NCBI GenBank assembly: GCA_009914755.4
Contig: CP086569.2
Location: 21,440,001 to 21,504,000, forward strand
Source: the human T2T-CHM13v2.0 reference genome, Homo sapiens
Length of the DNA: 64,000 nucleotides
Reading direction: 5' to 3'
Position numbers and translations under genes: made by a program. Each line of letters begins with the position of its first letter. Position 1 is the first letter of the stretch. Below are positions 1 through 13,060 of the stretch, one piece after another. Below the pieces are notes generated by a model. It worked only from the letters and a program-made list of their open reading frames with translations. It had not been told where the DNA came from and made no database searches.

Positions 1-962
1 ATTTTACATCTGGCCAAATGAAGCTTCATAAGTGAAGGAGAAAATAAGATTCCCTTCAGACAAGCAAATGCTGAGAGAATTGGTAAGCATCAGACCTGAT
101 TTATGAGAGCCCCTAAACAAAACACTAATTGTGGAAAAAAAATTACCAACCACTACAAAAGACACTAAGTGAACACAACAGGGACACCATAAAACAGCCT
201 CATAAACAACTCTGCAAAATAAAAAGTGAGCATAATTATAACAGAATAAAATTTACGCATAACAATACTAACCTTAAATGTAAATGAGTTATCTGCCCCA
301 ATTTAAAAACCCAACATGGCAGGTTGAATAAAAAACCAAAATCCATTAGTATGCTGTCTTCAAGAAACCTGTTTTATAGGCAAAGACACATATAGGCTGA
401 AAATAAAAAAATAGAGAAAAATTTACCAACCAATTGGAAAACAGAAAAAAAAAAACAGGGGTTGCAATCCTAGTTTGTTTAAAAGTTGCTTCAACTTTAA
501 ACTAATAAAGACTTAAAAAAAAACACACACACATACACAAAGAAGGGCATTACATAATGTTGAAAAGTTAAATTCAACAAGCAAAGTTAACTATTCTAAA
601 TATATATGCTCACACTACAGAAGGACTCACATTTATAAAACACGTTGTTAGAGATCTTCAAAGAGACTTAGACTCTAACTCAATAAGTGTGAGACCTTAA
701 CATCCCATGGAACATATGAGAGAGATCATTGAGACAGAAAATTATCAACAATATTTAGGACATGAACTCAGTCCTAAATCAACTGTACCTAAGAGATATC
801 TTAGGAACTCTGAATATACATTCTTATCATAACCACATGGAACTTACTCTAAAATTAGTTACCTAATCAGAAGTAAAATAGTTTTCAGCAGATGCAAAAA
901 GACTGAAATTATAACAAATAGTCTCTCAGAGGACAATTACAGAGTGCAACAGCCACTACAGA
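1..962 (+). mobile_element. Ancient L1 (LINE-1) fragment, ORF1 C-terminus into ORF2 N-terminal (endonuclease) region. It is interrupted at ~962 by a nested DNA transposon and resumes at ~2171.
   Basis: Translation of 1..70 matches the L1 ORF1 C-terminus (SFISEGEIKFFTDKQMLR-like). Downstream sequence is a degraded L1 ORF2 N-terminus with many stops and frameshifts. Confidence 0.6.
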
Positions 963-2170
963 ACACCAAACAGGTTGGCGCATAAGTAATTACGTTTTTT
1001 TCATTGTTGAAATTTGTTGTTTGATACCAGAATTTATTATTTAATAAATGTGGTTATCATTATCATGCGCATTTCACTTTGTGTTTCTTTGTTACTTATT
1101 ACTTGATGTTTATTTTAGACTATGCAAATAATGTTACACAAAAAACAAATTTGAGGAATTTTCTTATTCAAGTTCAAAATGGGTCACAAAGCAGTAGAGA
1201 AATTTTGTAACATTAACAATGCATTTGCCCCAGCAACTGCTAATGACCGTACAGAGCAGTGGTTGTTTGAGAAGTTTTGTAGAGGAGACTAGGGCCTTAA
1301 AGATGAGAAGTGAAGTGGCCAGCCATCAGAAGTTTACAATGACCAATTCAAAACTATTATTGAAGCTGATCCTCTTACAACTTCATAAGAAGCCACTACA
1401 GCCACTACTAAACACACTGAAGTAAACAGAACAGTGAGTTGCCAAGAACTCAATGTCAACCATTCTATAGTAATTTGGCACTTAAAGCAAATTGGAAAGG
1501 TGAGAAAGCTCTGTAAGTGGGTGACTCATGAACTATTTAAAAGGGAATTTTTAAGTGTCATCTTCTCTTATTCTACAAAACAACCATTTCTCAATTAAGT
1601 TGTGACGTGCAATGAGAACTCGATTTTATATAACAACCAGCAAAGACCAGCTCAGTGGTTGGATGCAGAAGAGGCTCCAATAAACTTCCGAAAGGTTAAC
1701 TTACACCAAACAAAGGTCATGGTAACTGTCTGATGCTCTGCTGGCCTTATCTACTATAGCTTTCTGAATCTCAATGAAACTATTACATCTGAGAAGCATG
1801 CTTAGCAAATCAATAAAATGCACCAAAAACTGCAATGCCTGCAGCCTCACTGGTCAACAAAAAAGGCTCAATTTTTTTTCTATGACAATGCTTAACTACA
1901 CATTGAACAAACAATGATTGAAAAGTTAAACAATTTGGGCTACGAAGTTTTGCCTCATCCATCACATTCATCTGATATCTTGCCGACTGACTAACTACCA
2001 CTTCAAGCGTCTTGATAACTTTTGACAGGGCAAATGATTCTACAACCAGCAAAATGAAGAAAATGCTTTCCAAGACATTACTGAATTCTGAAGCATAAAT
2101 TTTTATGCTACAGACATAAAAAAAATTTCTTATTGGCAAAAATGTGTTGATTGTAATGGTATTTATTTTG
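963..2170 (+). mobile_element. Tc1/mariner-family DNA transposon (Hsmar-like) nested inside the old L1
   Basis: Terminal sequence caGGTTGGcGCAtAAGTAATTaCG at ~963 resembles the Hsmar1/MADE1 inverted repeat TTAGGTTGGTGCAAAAGTAATTGCGG. The internal degraded frame carries mariner transposase C-terminal motifs (QTKVMVTVW..., ...LPHPP.S.D..P.D...F...). L1 ORF2 sequence continues on both sides of it. Confidence 0.55.
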
Positions 2171-4700
2171 ATTAAGAAAGATGTGTTTAAGCCTAGTTAT
2201 AATAATTTAAAATTCACAATCTAAAACTGCAATTACTTGCCCTCCAACTCAGAACCCAATATCCAAAAATTTATGCAAAGCCATACAACTATGTAGAAAT
2301 TGAGCAACATGCTCCTCAGGGATTAGGAGTAAATAATAAAATTCAGGCAGAAATTAAAATTTTGAGACTCTATCTTAAATGCAAGAAACATCTCAAGTTA
2401 ACCTAACATCACTATGAAAAGGACTGGAGAACCAAGAGCAAAGAAAACCCAAAGCTAGCAGAAAAAAAATAAACAAATAACCAAGATCAAAGCTGAACTT
2501 GCAGTGTTCAGACGACAGGAGTCACAAAAACGTCAAAATATCAACCAATTAGGAGACTTTCTTGAAAAAAAAAAAAAGACTTCTACCTAGACTAAAGAAT
2601 AAGAAAAAGAAATTTCAAAGAAACACAATAAAAAATTATGAGAGATATGGCCATTAGAGAATACCACAAACACCTCTATGTACTAAACTAAACAAATCTA
2701 GAAAAAAATTAGATAAATTTCTGAACATATATACCCTCCCAAGCTTGAGCCTGAAAGAAATTGAATTCCTAAAGAGAACAATAACACATTCTAAATTTAA
2801 GGCAGTAATAAATTGCCTCTGAAAAAACAAACAAACAAAAATGCATTACCTGATAGAGTTGCAGGTGAATTCTACCAGAAGTAGAAAGAAGAGCTGGTAC
2901 CATTTTTCTGATACTATTTCAAAAACTTGAAAAGGAGACATTACTCCCTAACTCATTCAATGAGGCCACAATTACCATGATACCAAAACCTGACTGAGAT
3001 ACAACAACAACAACAACAACAAAAAGCTTAGACTAATAACTTTGATGAAAATTGATGAAAAAATTATCAACAAAATACCGATCAACTGAATCAAGCAGCA
3101 CATCAAAAAGATTATCCTCCACGATCAAGTATGTTTTAAAGAGTATCCTCCATAATCAAATGTGTTTTATTTCCCAGATGCAAGGTTGGTTCAACATACA
3201 TAAATTAATAAATATTTGAATTTATTAATATTCAGATTAACAAATCTAAAGGCAAAAACCAAATAATTATCGTGATACAGGCAGAAAAGGCCTTTGATAA
3301 AATTTAATATTCCTTCACGTTAAAAACTCTCAGTGAACTAGACATTGAAGAAACATATCTCAAAATAATAAGAAACCTGCATGATAAATCCATAGACAAT
3401 ATCACACCTAATGGGCAAAAGCTGGAAGCAATCTCCTTGAAAACTGGCCCAAGACATCGATGTGCTCTCTCAGCAGTCTTATTTGAATCAGTATTGAAAG
3501 CTCTGATCAGAGCAATCGACAAGAGAGAAAAATAAACTATCTTTAAATATAAAGAGAGTATGTTAAATTGTCTTTGTTTCCAGATGACATAATCTTACGT
3601 ATAGAAAAACCCAATCATCTCAGCCCCAAAGATTTTAAGCTGAAAAGCAACTGCAGCAAAGTCTCAGCATACAAAATCAGTGTATAAAATTGCTACGATT
3701 TCTATACACCAACAACAGTCAAGCCAAAAACAAAATCAGAAACAAATTTCCATTCACAATTATATCAAAAAGAATAAAATACCTAGGAACAGCTAACAAA
3801 GGAAACGAAGGAGCTCTTCAAGGTGAACTACAAAACACTGCTCAAAACAATCAGAGGACAAAAACAAATGTAAGAACATTTTATTCTCGTGCACAGACAG
3901 AATCAACATTGTAAAAACGGCCATACTGTCCAAAGTAATTTATAGATTAAATGCTATTTGCATTAAACTACCATTGACATCATTAAGAGAATTAGAAGAA
4001 ACTATTTTAAAATTTATATGAAATAAAAAAGAGCCCAAATAGCCAAGGCAATACTAAGAAAAAAGAAGAAAGCCAGAGGCATCACATTATTCAACCTCAT
4101 ACTGTACCACAAGGTTACAGTTAAAATATTAAAGTCATCAGGAGTAGGTGGAAAAGCATAAGAGATTCAATTGATGTTAACAGAATGTGGTTACTGAAGG
4201 GGACTGAGAAGCACAATACAGTCTCTATGATTAGACAACCCAAAGAGACACAAAACAAGAACCATAAATTGATTAAAATTTTATGCTGGTTTGCCTAAAA
4301 TATTTACACATCAATTCCACTGAATTCTTACAATGAATGAATGGCATTAGATGTTATAGTCACCTTTTGAAAGAACAGAAAATACCAAGGCAGATAACTT
4401 GTTCAACTCAATCAGTTTTAGGATGCAAAAGCAGCTGCATATTGCAAAAAAGAGCCAGGTACTAGACTTATTAAACCAATCTGAAGAAGAGTAAAGTTAG
4501 AGAAATTTGTCTACTGTATAGACTTACTGTAAAGGTATAGTAATGAAGACTTTGTTATTTGGCAAAAGGGGACAGACATAAATCAAGAAGCAACACAACA
4601 AATAACGGAGATATTGACTACAGAAGTCCAGCCAACAGATTTTTAACAAAAAACACAAAGCAATTAAGTGTAGCACAGATAACTTTTCTATTGCTGGTGC
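2171..4700 (+). mobile_element. Ancient L1 (L1M/L1P-type) ORF2 to 3' region, continuing the element at 1..962
   Basis: Degraded ORF2 reading frame recognisable (reverse transcriptase region around 3300..3500, e.g. ...IDNITPNGQKLEAISLKTGPRHRCALSAVLFESVLKALIRAID...). The 3' boundary is approximate. Confidence 0.55.
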
Positions 4701-5847
4701 TGGATCAGTAAGCTGTCCATTGAGAAAACCTTAACTTTGGTCTGAGTCTGACATGTTTTGTAAATAAAACTGATTTTTCTCTACTCTTCCTTCCCAAAAT
4801 TGTTAAAAACTACATTGACCATGCTACTGTCGTAGTGTTTCCTAACCTCAGTTCTTCACTCTTACATTCCAAGAAGTGCAAATGATATCCATAGTCTCAA
4901 AACACACATATTTTATTTTTAATAAAAAGAATTGAGTTAAAAATAGACAATAGGTAAGTCACTAATTTCTCTTTTTACTCTATTATTTTTGGCCTCAACA
5001 TATAATTAAATTATACATTGCTTTTTCCTACAATGAGAACAAAGGGGAGAAAAAAATAGAATGAAGGTCGAGTATTGAAGCACTAAAATATTTTAAAGAT
5101 ACAGAGACAAAATAGTGGAGTCCAGAAACACAGGGGAAAAAATTAATAAAGTAAAGGTATATACTTGGTCTTTCTCAAAATTTATTTGTTCCTATTCAGA
5201 ATAGAATGAAACTAATTTAGGAAATTACTCCCATAAGCAAGCAGGAATGCTACTGGCAAGAGATTTCTCGGCATCAGGGCATAGACTTTAAGAACCGAGC
5301 TTTATTCAAAAACCACTAAGAATTAGTATATAAAAAAATTGGAAGTGAAAAATTCTAGATAGGAAAGAAGCTTTTTCTGAGGTCCTGACCAGGGATTTAA
5401 GAAGACAAAAAATATTGCTGCTGTCAAAATTCTTGCTGAGGAGAGCAGGAGAGTTGTAGAAAAGGCATCATTGAAGGAAGACAAGCAGCTGAGGAGCCTG
5501 AATCCTTGTGTTACTATTCTTCCCTTCAAAGATATGGATGTGGTCTGTGAGGAGTGTTAGGAATGTATTTTTATGGTTTGCTTTCTCCCCAGAATGTTCT
5601 GTTTATTGCCCTTCCTCTGACATTATTCCTGAGCTCTTGGCATTTTTTTAACGTACCTCTTCTTGAACAAGATTCACACCCTCTTTACCCTGACCCAGCT
5701 TCTGCCACCACCGTCACCTCTCCAGGGGATGGTCTCTTGCCGAGCCCTTTAATGTTCGGGATTCTCCAGTATAATCATTTACAAACAAGCAGAAATAGAC
5801 TGTTGACCAGTGGTCAGTCTTACCTCAATTTAAAATGTACAAGTTTT

Positions 5848-6236
<389 letters not shown>

Positions 6237-6989
6237 TTATGTTGATTACGTGGCTGTGCACAGGTTGGCCTATATCAGTTTGGTCTGGTCTACTGGGGCC
6301 TAGTTCTCAAGATCACTCTAAAACTATGTCTCTCATAATTTTGTTTAATAATCCCCATCTTTGATTATATTGTCAACTAGGTAAGAGTGTGTCAAAACAG
6401 TGACATATTTGTTAGTATGTCATTTCATTTGAAGAGGACTATTTGACATATTACAGATGCTGCATGCAAACATTTAAAAGTTTTGAGAGAAGCCAGGCAG
6501 ACTGTTTTATGGTGAATAAGGTCTTGTTATTGGAAGAACAAAAAGATTTTAAATAATCTTCTTTTGTCTTATATTCAAAGGACTTTTAGTATGTTCATGT
6601 CCTCATGAACAAAACCAAATGAAACTTTAAGGTAAAATAATGATCCAAATGAGATGACTCATACTAACCAAGCAGCTTGTCAGTTAGTCTACTGTAATTG
6701 CCTTTGCAAAATAACCAATGTATTTTTCTATGGCCAAAAAGCAGTCTCAGTACTGATAAGCACTTACATAAGCATAGCTCGCTCTGCTCTCTTTTGATTA
6801 TTGTTTGCTTGGAATAGATTTTTTTAATCCCTTTACTCAAATATTTTGTGTGTCCGTAAGTATAACGTGAGGCTTTTATGCAGCACATTGTTAAATATTG
6901 GGAGCATTTTTAATCACCTTTTTTTTACACTGTCATTTTACTGGATAATTTAATTTATGAACATTTAAAACATTTAAACAGCACAGGAG

Positions 6990-8950
6990 AAACTGCCCCC
7001 ATGAGCCAATCACCTTCCATCTGGTCCCTTCCTCAAAACGTGGGGATTACAATTTGAGATGCCATTTAGGGGGGAACAGAGCCAAACTATATTGTTTCAC
7101 CCCTAGTTCCTCCCAACTCTCATGTCTTTTTCACATTTCAAAACCAGTAATGCCTTCCCAATAGTACCCCAAAGTCTGAACTCATTTTGGCATTAATTCA
7201 GAAGTCCAAATCTAAAGTCTCATCTGAGAAAGGGGAAGTTCCTTTCGCCTATGAGCCTGGAAAATTAAAGCAAGTTAGTTACTTCTAAAATATAATGGTA
7301 ATACAGGCATTGGGTAAATGTTACCATTTCAAATGGAAGAAATAGGCCAAAGCAAAGGGGCCACAAGCGCTATGCAAGTACAAAACATGGCCAGGCAGTC
7401 ATTAATCTTAAAGCTCCAAAACCTCATTTGACTCCGTATCTTACATCCAGGGGATACCGATGCAAGGTGTGAGCTCCCACAGCTCTGTCCCTGGGGCTTT
7501 GTAAGGTACACCCCCTGTGGCTACTTTCATAGACAGGTGTTGAGTGCCTGCAGCTTTTCCAGACACATGATGCAAGCTGCCTGAGGATCTACCATTCTGG
7601 GGTTTGGAGGATGGTGGTCCTTTTCTCATAGCTCCACTAGGCAGGGTCCAGTGGGAACTCTGTGTGGGACTTCCAATCCCACATTTCCCTTCCACACTGC
7701 CCTAGCAGAGGTTATCCCTGGGTGCTTCACCCTGAACAGACTTCTGCCTGGACTTCCAGGCATTTCCATATATCTCTGAAATTTAGGCAGAAGTTCCCAA
7801 GGTTCAACTCTTGTCTTCTGTGCATCCATAGGCCTAATACCATTGGCCTAACTGCCAAGGCTTGGGGCTTGCACCCTCTGAAGCAAAGACCCAAGCTGTA
7901 CTTTGGCCCCTTTGGGCCACAGCTGAGGCTGGAGAGGCTGGAATGAAGGGTGCCAAGTCCCAAAGCTGCACAGGGCAGCACGACTCTGTGCCCAGCCCAA
8001 AAAACTATTTTTCTTCCTAGGCCTCTGGGCCTGTGATGAGAAGAGCTCCCTTGAAGATCTCTGACATGCCCTAGAGTAATTTTCCCCATTGTCATAGCTA
8101 TTAACATTAAGCTCCTCATTAGTTATACGAATTTCTGCAGTCAGCTTTAATTTCTCTCCAGAAAATGCTGGGTTTTTTCGTCTTTTCTATCACATGGTCA
8201 GGCTGCAAATTTTCCTAACATTTATGGTCTGTTTCCCTTCTAAACATAAGTTCCAATTTCAAATCATATCTCTCAAATTCAAAGTTCCATAGGGCAGGAG
8301 CAAACTACCACCATTTGCTGTGCTAAAGCACAGCATGTGTTTCCTTTACTCCAGTTCCCAAGAAGTTCCTCATTTCCATCTGATACCATCTCAGCCTAGA
8401 CTTCATTCTCCATGTCACTACCAGTATTTTGGTTAAAAAATTCAAGTCTTTAGAAAGTGCCAAAATTTCCCACATAATCCTGTCTTCTTCTAGGCCCTTC
8501 AAACTGTTCCAACCTCCCCCCATTACCCAGTTCCAAAGTTGATTCCACATTTTCAGGTTTTCCACAATACCCCATTCCTGGTACCAATTCTCTGTATTAG
8601 TCTGTTATCACACTACTCCAAAAATACAACCTGAGACTCGGTAATTCATTAAGAAAGGATGTTTAATTGACTCACAGTTCTGCATGGTTGGGGAGGATTC
8701 AGGAAACTTAAAATCACTGTAGAAGGTGAAGGGGAAGAAAGACACATCTTATATGGAGGCAGGAAGCTGAGAGAGTGAAACTGCAGAACATTTTTAAAAC
8801 CATCAGCTGTTGTGAGAACTCCCTCACTATCATCAGAACAGCATGGGGGTAACTGACATCATAATCCAATAGCTTTGCATCAGGTCCCTCCCTTAACACA
8901 TGGGGATTATAATTCCAGATGAGATTTGGATGGAGACACAAAGCCAAAGC
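6990..8950. repeat. Unclassified interspersed repeat. Two direct ~75-bp terminal segments lie ~1.86 kb apart, so it may be an LTR-like or MER-type element.
   Basis: 7000..7090 (…CTGGTCCCTTCCTCAAAACGTGGGGATTACAATTTGAGATGCCATTTAGGGGGGAACAGAGCCAAACTATATTG) and 8870..8950 (…CAGGTCCCTCCCTTAACACATGGGGATTATAATTCCAGATGAGATTTGGATGGAGACACAAAGCCAAAGCATATC) are clearly homologous and in direct orientation. I could not assign a family from memory. Confidence 0.3.
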
Positions 8951-9558
8951 ATATCAACAACACAGCAGTATTTATCTAATGGACCTAGGAACTATCTCTT
9001 TGAAACGTAAACATAAAGAGAGAAGGTGCCCCTCTGTTTCCAGTTTCAGTAAAAGGTAAGAACTTAACCTCAGTAGGTGCTTTTCTCTGAACTGCAAAAC
9101 AACCTCTTGAGATTAAAAATATGAGAAGTCAGTTTCTCTTCTGATTAAAGACAATTAGCTATATAACATGTGGTCCCCTGTTACCATTGTAAACTAAGGG
9201 TATGTGACAAATGGTGCCGTTAAATTTTCTTTATTAAAGACTACTGATCAACCAGTAATTTCTTTTAAGAAAATTTGTCTATCTTGAAGACTACCTTGAT
9301 GCTTAGCTATATAAAAGGCGAGATTTGTTTTTGACTTTGTAATCTCTTGGTTGATTTTCTACAATGTACATTAAATTCATATTTCATATTTTTAACAGTA
9401 AAACTGATTTCATTCTCTACTGTCTTTGTGGAGAGGACTTCTGGGTTCAGAGAAAATTTTATTTTTAATGTTATGGCTTCATCACTAGGCTTTTAAAAAC
9501 AAAACCATGAAGACTTAAATTCCTTAAAACCAGTAGTGATGATCAGGGTACTACCACT

Positions 9559-9812
9559 TACCTTGCAGAAAAAAAGAAAGAAAAAAAAAGGATTAGGAGG
9601 ATACTACACTATGTATATGATGGCCAATTATATGCCCAACAAGTAAGATAATTTAGAATAAATGAACAAAGTCCTGATACATACATACTATTTACCTTGC
9701 AGAAAGGGAAAAAAAAGGATTAGGAAGATACTATACTTTGTATATGATGGCCAATTATACGCCCAACAAGTTTTATAATTTAGAATAAATGAACAAATTT
9801 CTGGTACATACA
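9559..9812. repeat. Two-copy tandem duplication (~127-bp unit), about 1.3 kb upstream of the promoter
   Basis: The unit TACCTTGCAGAAA...GGATTAGGAGGATACTACACTATGTATATGATGGCCAATTATATGCCCAACAAGT...TTTAGAATAAATGAACAAA...ACATAC occurs twice consecutively with a few substitutions. Confidence 0.7.
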
Positions 9813-10360
9813 AACTACCAGAACTGACTTGGGAATAAATACAGCACGAATTCATAATCCAAACTAAGGCCTAGGACCATTTAAAAAATTTACATCAATC
9901 CTCGAATGTGTCCAAAAACACAGAAGAAAAAGGGACACTACACAGTTCATTCTGTGAAGCCGGGATTATATTGATCCTAAAGTCAAAGTCATCACACGAT
10001 ACAAGCCAATATATCTTAACACAGATGCTAAGATTCTAAACATAATAGTACACACACAACAAATCCAGTAAATTAAATGATTGTATACCATAATCAAATG
10101 GAATTTGTCTTGAAATAATTTGACCTCCACAGCCAGTCCATTTGAGACATTCGGTTAAGCCATGATTTATTATAAGATTCAGATGCTTAGTCTCACTCCT
10201 TCCTATGTATATTTACTTTCCATTTCCTGTATATATTTACTGTCTACTTTTTGTCAGTATTCCGCTGGGTGCTAGCAATTGTAAGCAACAGATGCGGCCT
10301 CTGTACTTACATGCTTTACTGTGAGGTGGTGAGGTAGAGAAGATAAGACTGAAAAAAATA

Positions 10361-10568
10361 GGCCGGGCGCGGTGGCTCACTACTGCAATCCCAGGAATTT
10401 GGGCGGCAGAGGCGGGAGGATCACTAGGTCAGGGGTTTGAGAGCCTGGCCAACATGGTGAAACCCCATCTCTACTAAAAATACAAAAATTAGACGGGCAG
10501 ATCGCGCCCCTGCACTCCAGCATGGGCAACAAGAGCGAAACTTCGTTGTCAAAAAAAAAAAAAAAAAA
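10361..10568 (+). mobile_element. Alu, internally deleted, + orientation, with poly(A) tail. It lies immediately upstream of the eIF1A promoter.
   Basis: GGCCGGGCGCGGTGGCTCACTACTGCAATCCCAGGAATTTGGGCGGCAGAGGCGGGAGGATCAC...CCTGCACTCCAGCATGGGCAACAAGAGCGAAACTTCG followed by A24. The middle of the right monomer is missing. Confidence 0.85.
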
Positions 10569-10689
10569 GAGAGAAAAGTGATAAACATTCTGAACATAGA
10601 GGGCCTTGTCCTAAGCCAGTCCTCCAAATTCACTGTATAAGAGTAAGGGCTCTCTTAAAATTTAGGCGTTTACAGTTAAATGACCCACG

Positions 10690-11420
10690 AACTTCTGAAA
10701 CTGGAAGACCGTTTTTTAGCAAAGGAGAATACTCCAGGGCCCCGCCCATTTCATCCTTGACTCCACCTTCTCCATGCTGAGTCCCGCCCCGCTTCCTGTT
10801 TATTCATCCTGCAGCAAACTCTCCGGTATCCTGATGGAGTCTACTAGGTGTCAGTCATTTGGCCGTGCCTCAGCCGAAGAGAGGCGGGGAAAAGCATCGT
10901 AATCAGCTGCGTCGCCTTTTGGTGACGCCAGAGAGTGCGCGTCAGCAGTTTATTAGAGAGCTCTGTAGCCAGCCTCTTCTGCGCACCCACCTGCTGCATC
11001 TTAGTTCAGTCGGCTCTTAGAGTAGTAACCGCCAGAAAGGAGTCGGAAGAGGTCTCACGAGGCTGTCATCACCGCCATGCCCAAGAATAAAGGTACTGCT
11101 GTAAGCCTCTGGGACTATACCTCGGCTTGCTCTGCCAGTAACCCCGACGCCTGTTCCAGGCCGCAGTGACTGTTCTAACGGCGGTACTGGCCACTGCGAC
11201 CCCAGCACTGTGTTCGGGAAAGGAGCTGGGAATGCCCTATTTGGTCACATTGGGGTGGGACAGACGCCATTTTTGTGGGGCCTCCTTCGGAAGATAGCGG
11301 GCTTTTGCTGCTGATTTCACGCCAGACGGAAAACGTATAGGTAGGGACGGTTGAGGGACCTTAACCGGACGGCCTGGCTTTCCAGAATAGGCACATGCAA
11401 ACACTTCCCTGCTACTTTCC
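10690..11420 (+). promoter_or_regulatory. CpG-island, TATA-less housekeeping promoter plus 5'UTR of the eIF1A gene. It spans the first coding exon and the start of intron 1.
   Basis: Sharp rise in CpG density relative to flanks. GC-boxes GGCCCCGCCCATTTC (~10738) and GTCCCGCCCCGCTTCC (~10783). No TATA box. The ATG at 11077 sits in a good Kozak context (caccgccATGc). The TSS is not determinable from sequence alone and is probably in 10850..10990. Confidence 0.6.
11077..11092 (+). CDS. EIF1AY: eIF1A coding exon 1 (ATG CCC AAG AAT AAA G; Met1-Lys5 plus first base of Gly6), donor GTACTG
   Basis: Matches the eIF1A N-terminus MPKNK. The phase-1 donor joins exon 2 to give GGT (Gly6). X versus Y paralog is assigned only from Leu50 in exon 3 (see findings). 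Confidence 0.9.
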
Positions 11421-12753
11421 TGGAAGCGGTTCTTAACTTTGAAGACTTACCTATCTGGACAGTTAAAAGTATTGCTAAGGATACTCCCTTTTCCTTGTTA
11501 AACAGTGGGGAAGCCTTGAAGCATGTTTAGGTTCATTTCTGGCGTTTTACTCTACCCCATCCCTTTATAGAGTGTAACATTCTTTTGCAGAAGATTTGTT
11601 ACCTATTTAGGCAGGTTTTCAACTTCCGTATCCGATAAATATTGTGGGAGTAAAGATATCAACGTTCCCTTCATTCTGAGGCTAAACTTTCACACGAAAC
11701 TTAGACTTGAAAATAAGTTTACTCACAGCTTCTAAAGTAGGAGGTCTAACCTCGGTAGAACCCTTTCTCAGTCATTTCTGAAAGAAATTCTCGTTTTTAT
11801 ACACCTGAGGTAATCTCTCACTTTTAGTGCCCTTGTAATTGCTTGAAGAAAACTGTAGGTGGAAACAAAATATTATTTTCCACAGGAGGGGACCATGTTT
11901 TATAGTCCACAAAAACTCTGTTTAGATTATTCCTTCCTGGGACCCAGACCAATTTGTCTTCTTTTTACTTGCCTGTTGGCAGCATGGAATCTGTTTCATT
12001 TTCTCTTTTTAGCTGTCACGACACACAGCTCTTGAGGTACTTGGTGACAGTACAGTGCAGTCTTTCCTGGGCATTACTCTTTGCTCTCCCGAAAACCCAC
12101 TAACGGGTTGTGTGTATAATAAGGTTTTATTTTATTTTATTTTATTTTTTACTGCAAAATTATTGGAGGATAAAGTGTATTCTGGGAGAAGTCTAATTAG
12201 AAAGAGTTAGCAAAGGCTTATGCTTTTTCACTAACATTTTCTCAGATGGTACTGAACAACTTCAGTAGGTATCTTGTTCTCACCTTTATTTCTAGTGATG
12301 AGATTCCCAGTTCTCTAAGCCATCAGCTCTAAAGATCAGAGTATCTCCCTTTGCAAAATGTCCATTAAATCTTTGCTGATGTTATTATCCCTGTACCTGA
12401 CTCTATCCTTAAATAGTAAGGCTTCCTTTATTCTTGTAGGGTAGAACTTTTAAACTGAGTGATGCCTAAAAATGTTCTCAATAAAGAGAGTATCTCCAAA
12501 ACACGTCGGATTTGTTTAAAGAGGAAGTGTGGATTTTTTGATCTTAGAAAGGAAACGAGATAAAATATTAAACGACTTTAATTTTTGTATGATCATGCCT
12601 AGCCTCATTCCTCTAAAATATAATTTAAAGTGGATTCTGTTACATGGTATCACAATAGAAGGGGAATGATCAGGGTTTGGTTAATTCTGGTAAATTGAAA
12701 ACAATTTTTTTTTTATCATATGTGCCTCAGAAGGCACACAAAAGAAGTATAGT

Positions 12754-13060
<307 letters not shown>

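Noticed and set aside
7441-8119. Overlapping 84-130-aa ORFs on both strands in the region 7400..8100
   Set aside because: They lie inside an unclassified interspersed repeat. The ORFs overlap in antisense and lack any recognisable protein motif, so this is most likely chance in GC-moderate sequence.
10690-11076. Search for a TATA box or initiator upstream of the ATG
   Set aside because: No convincing TATA found. The region is a GC-box-rich CpG island typical of TATA-less housekeeping promoters, so no TSS was called.
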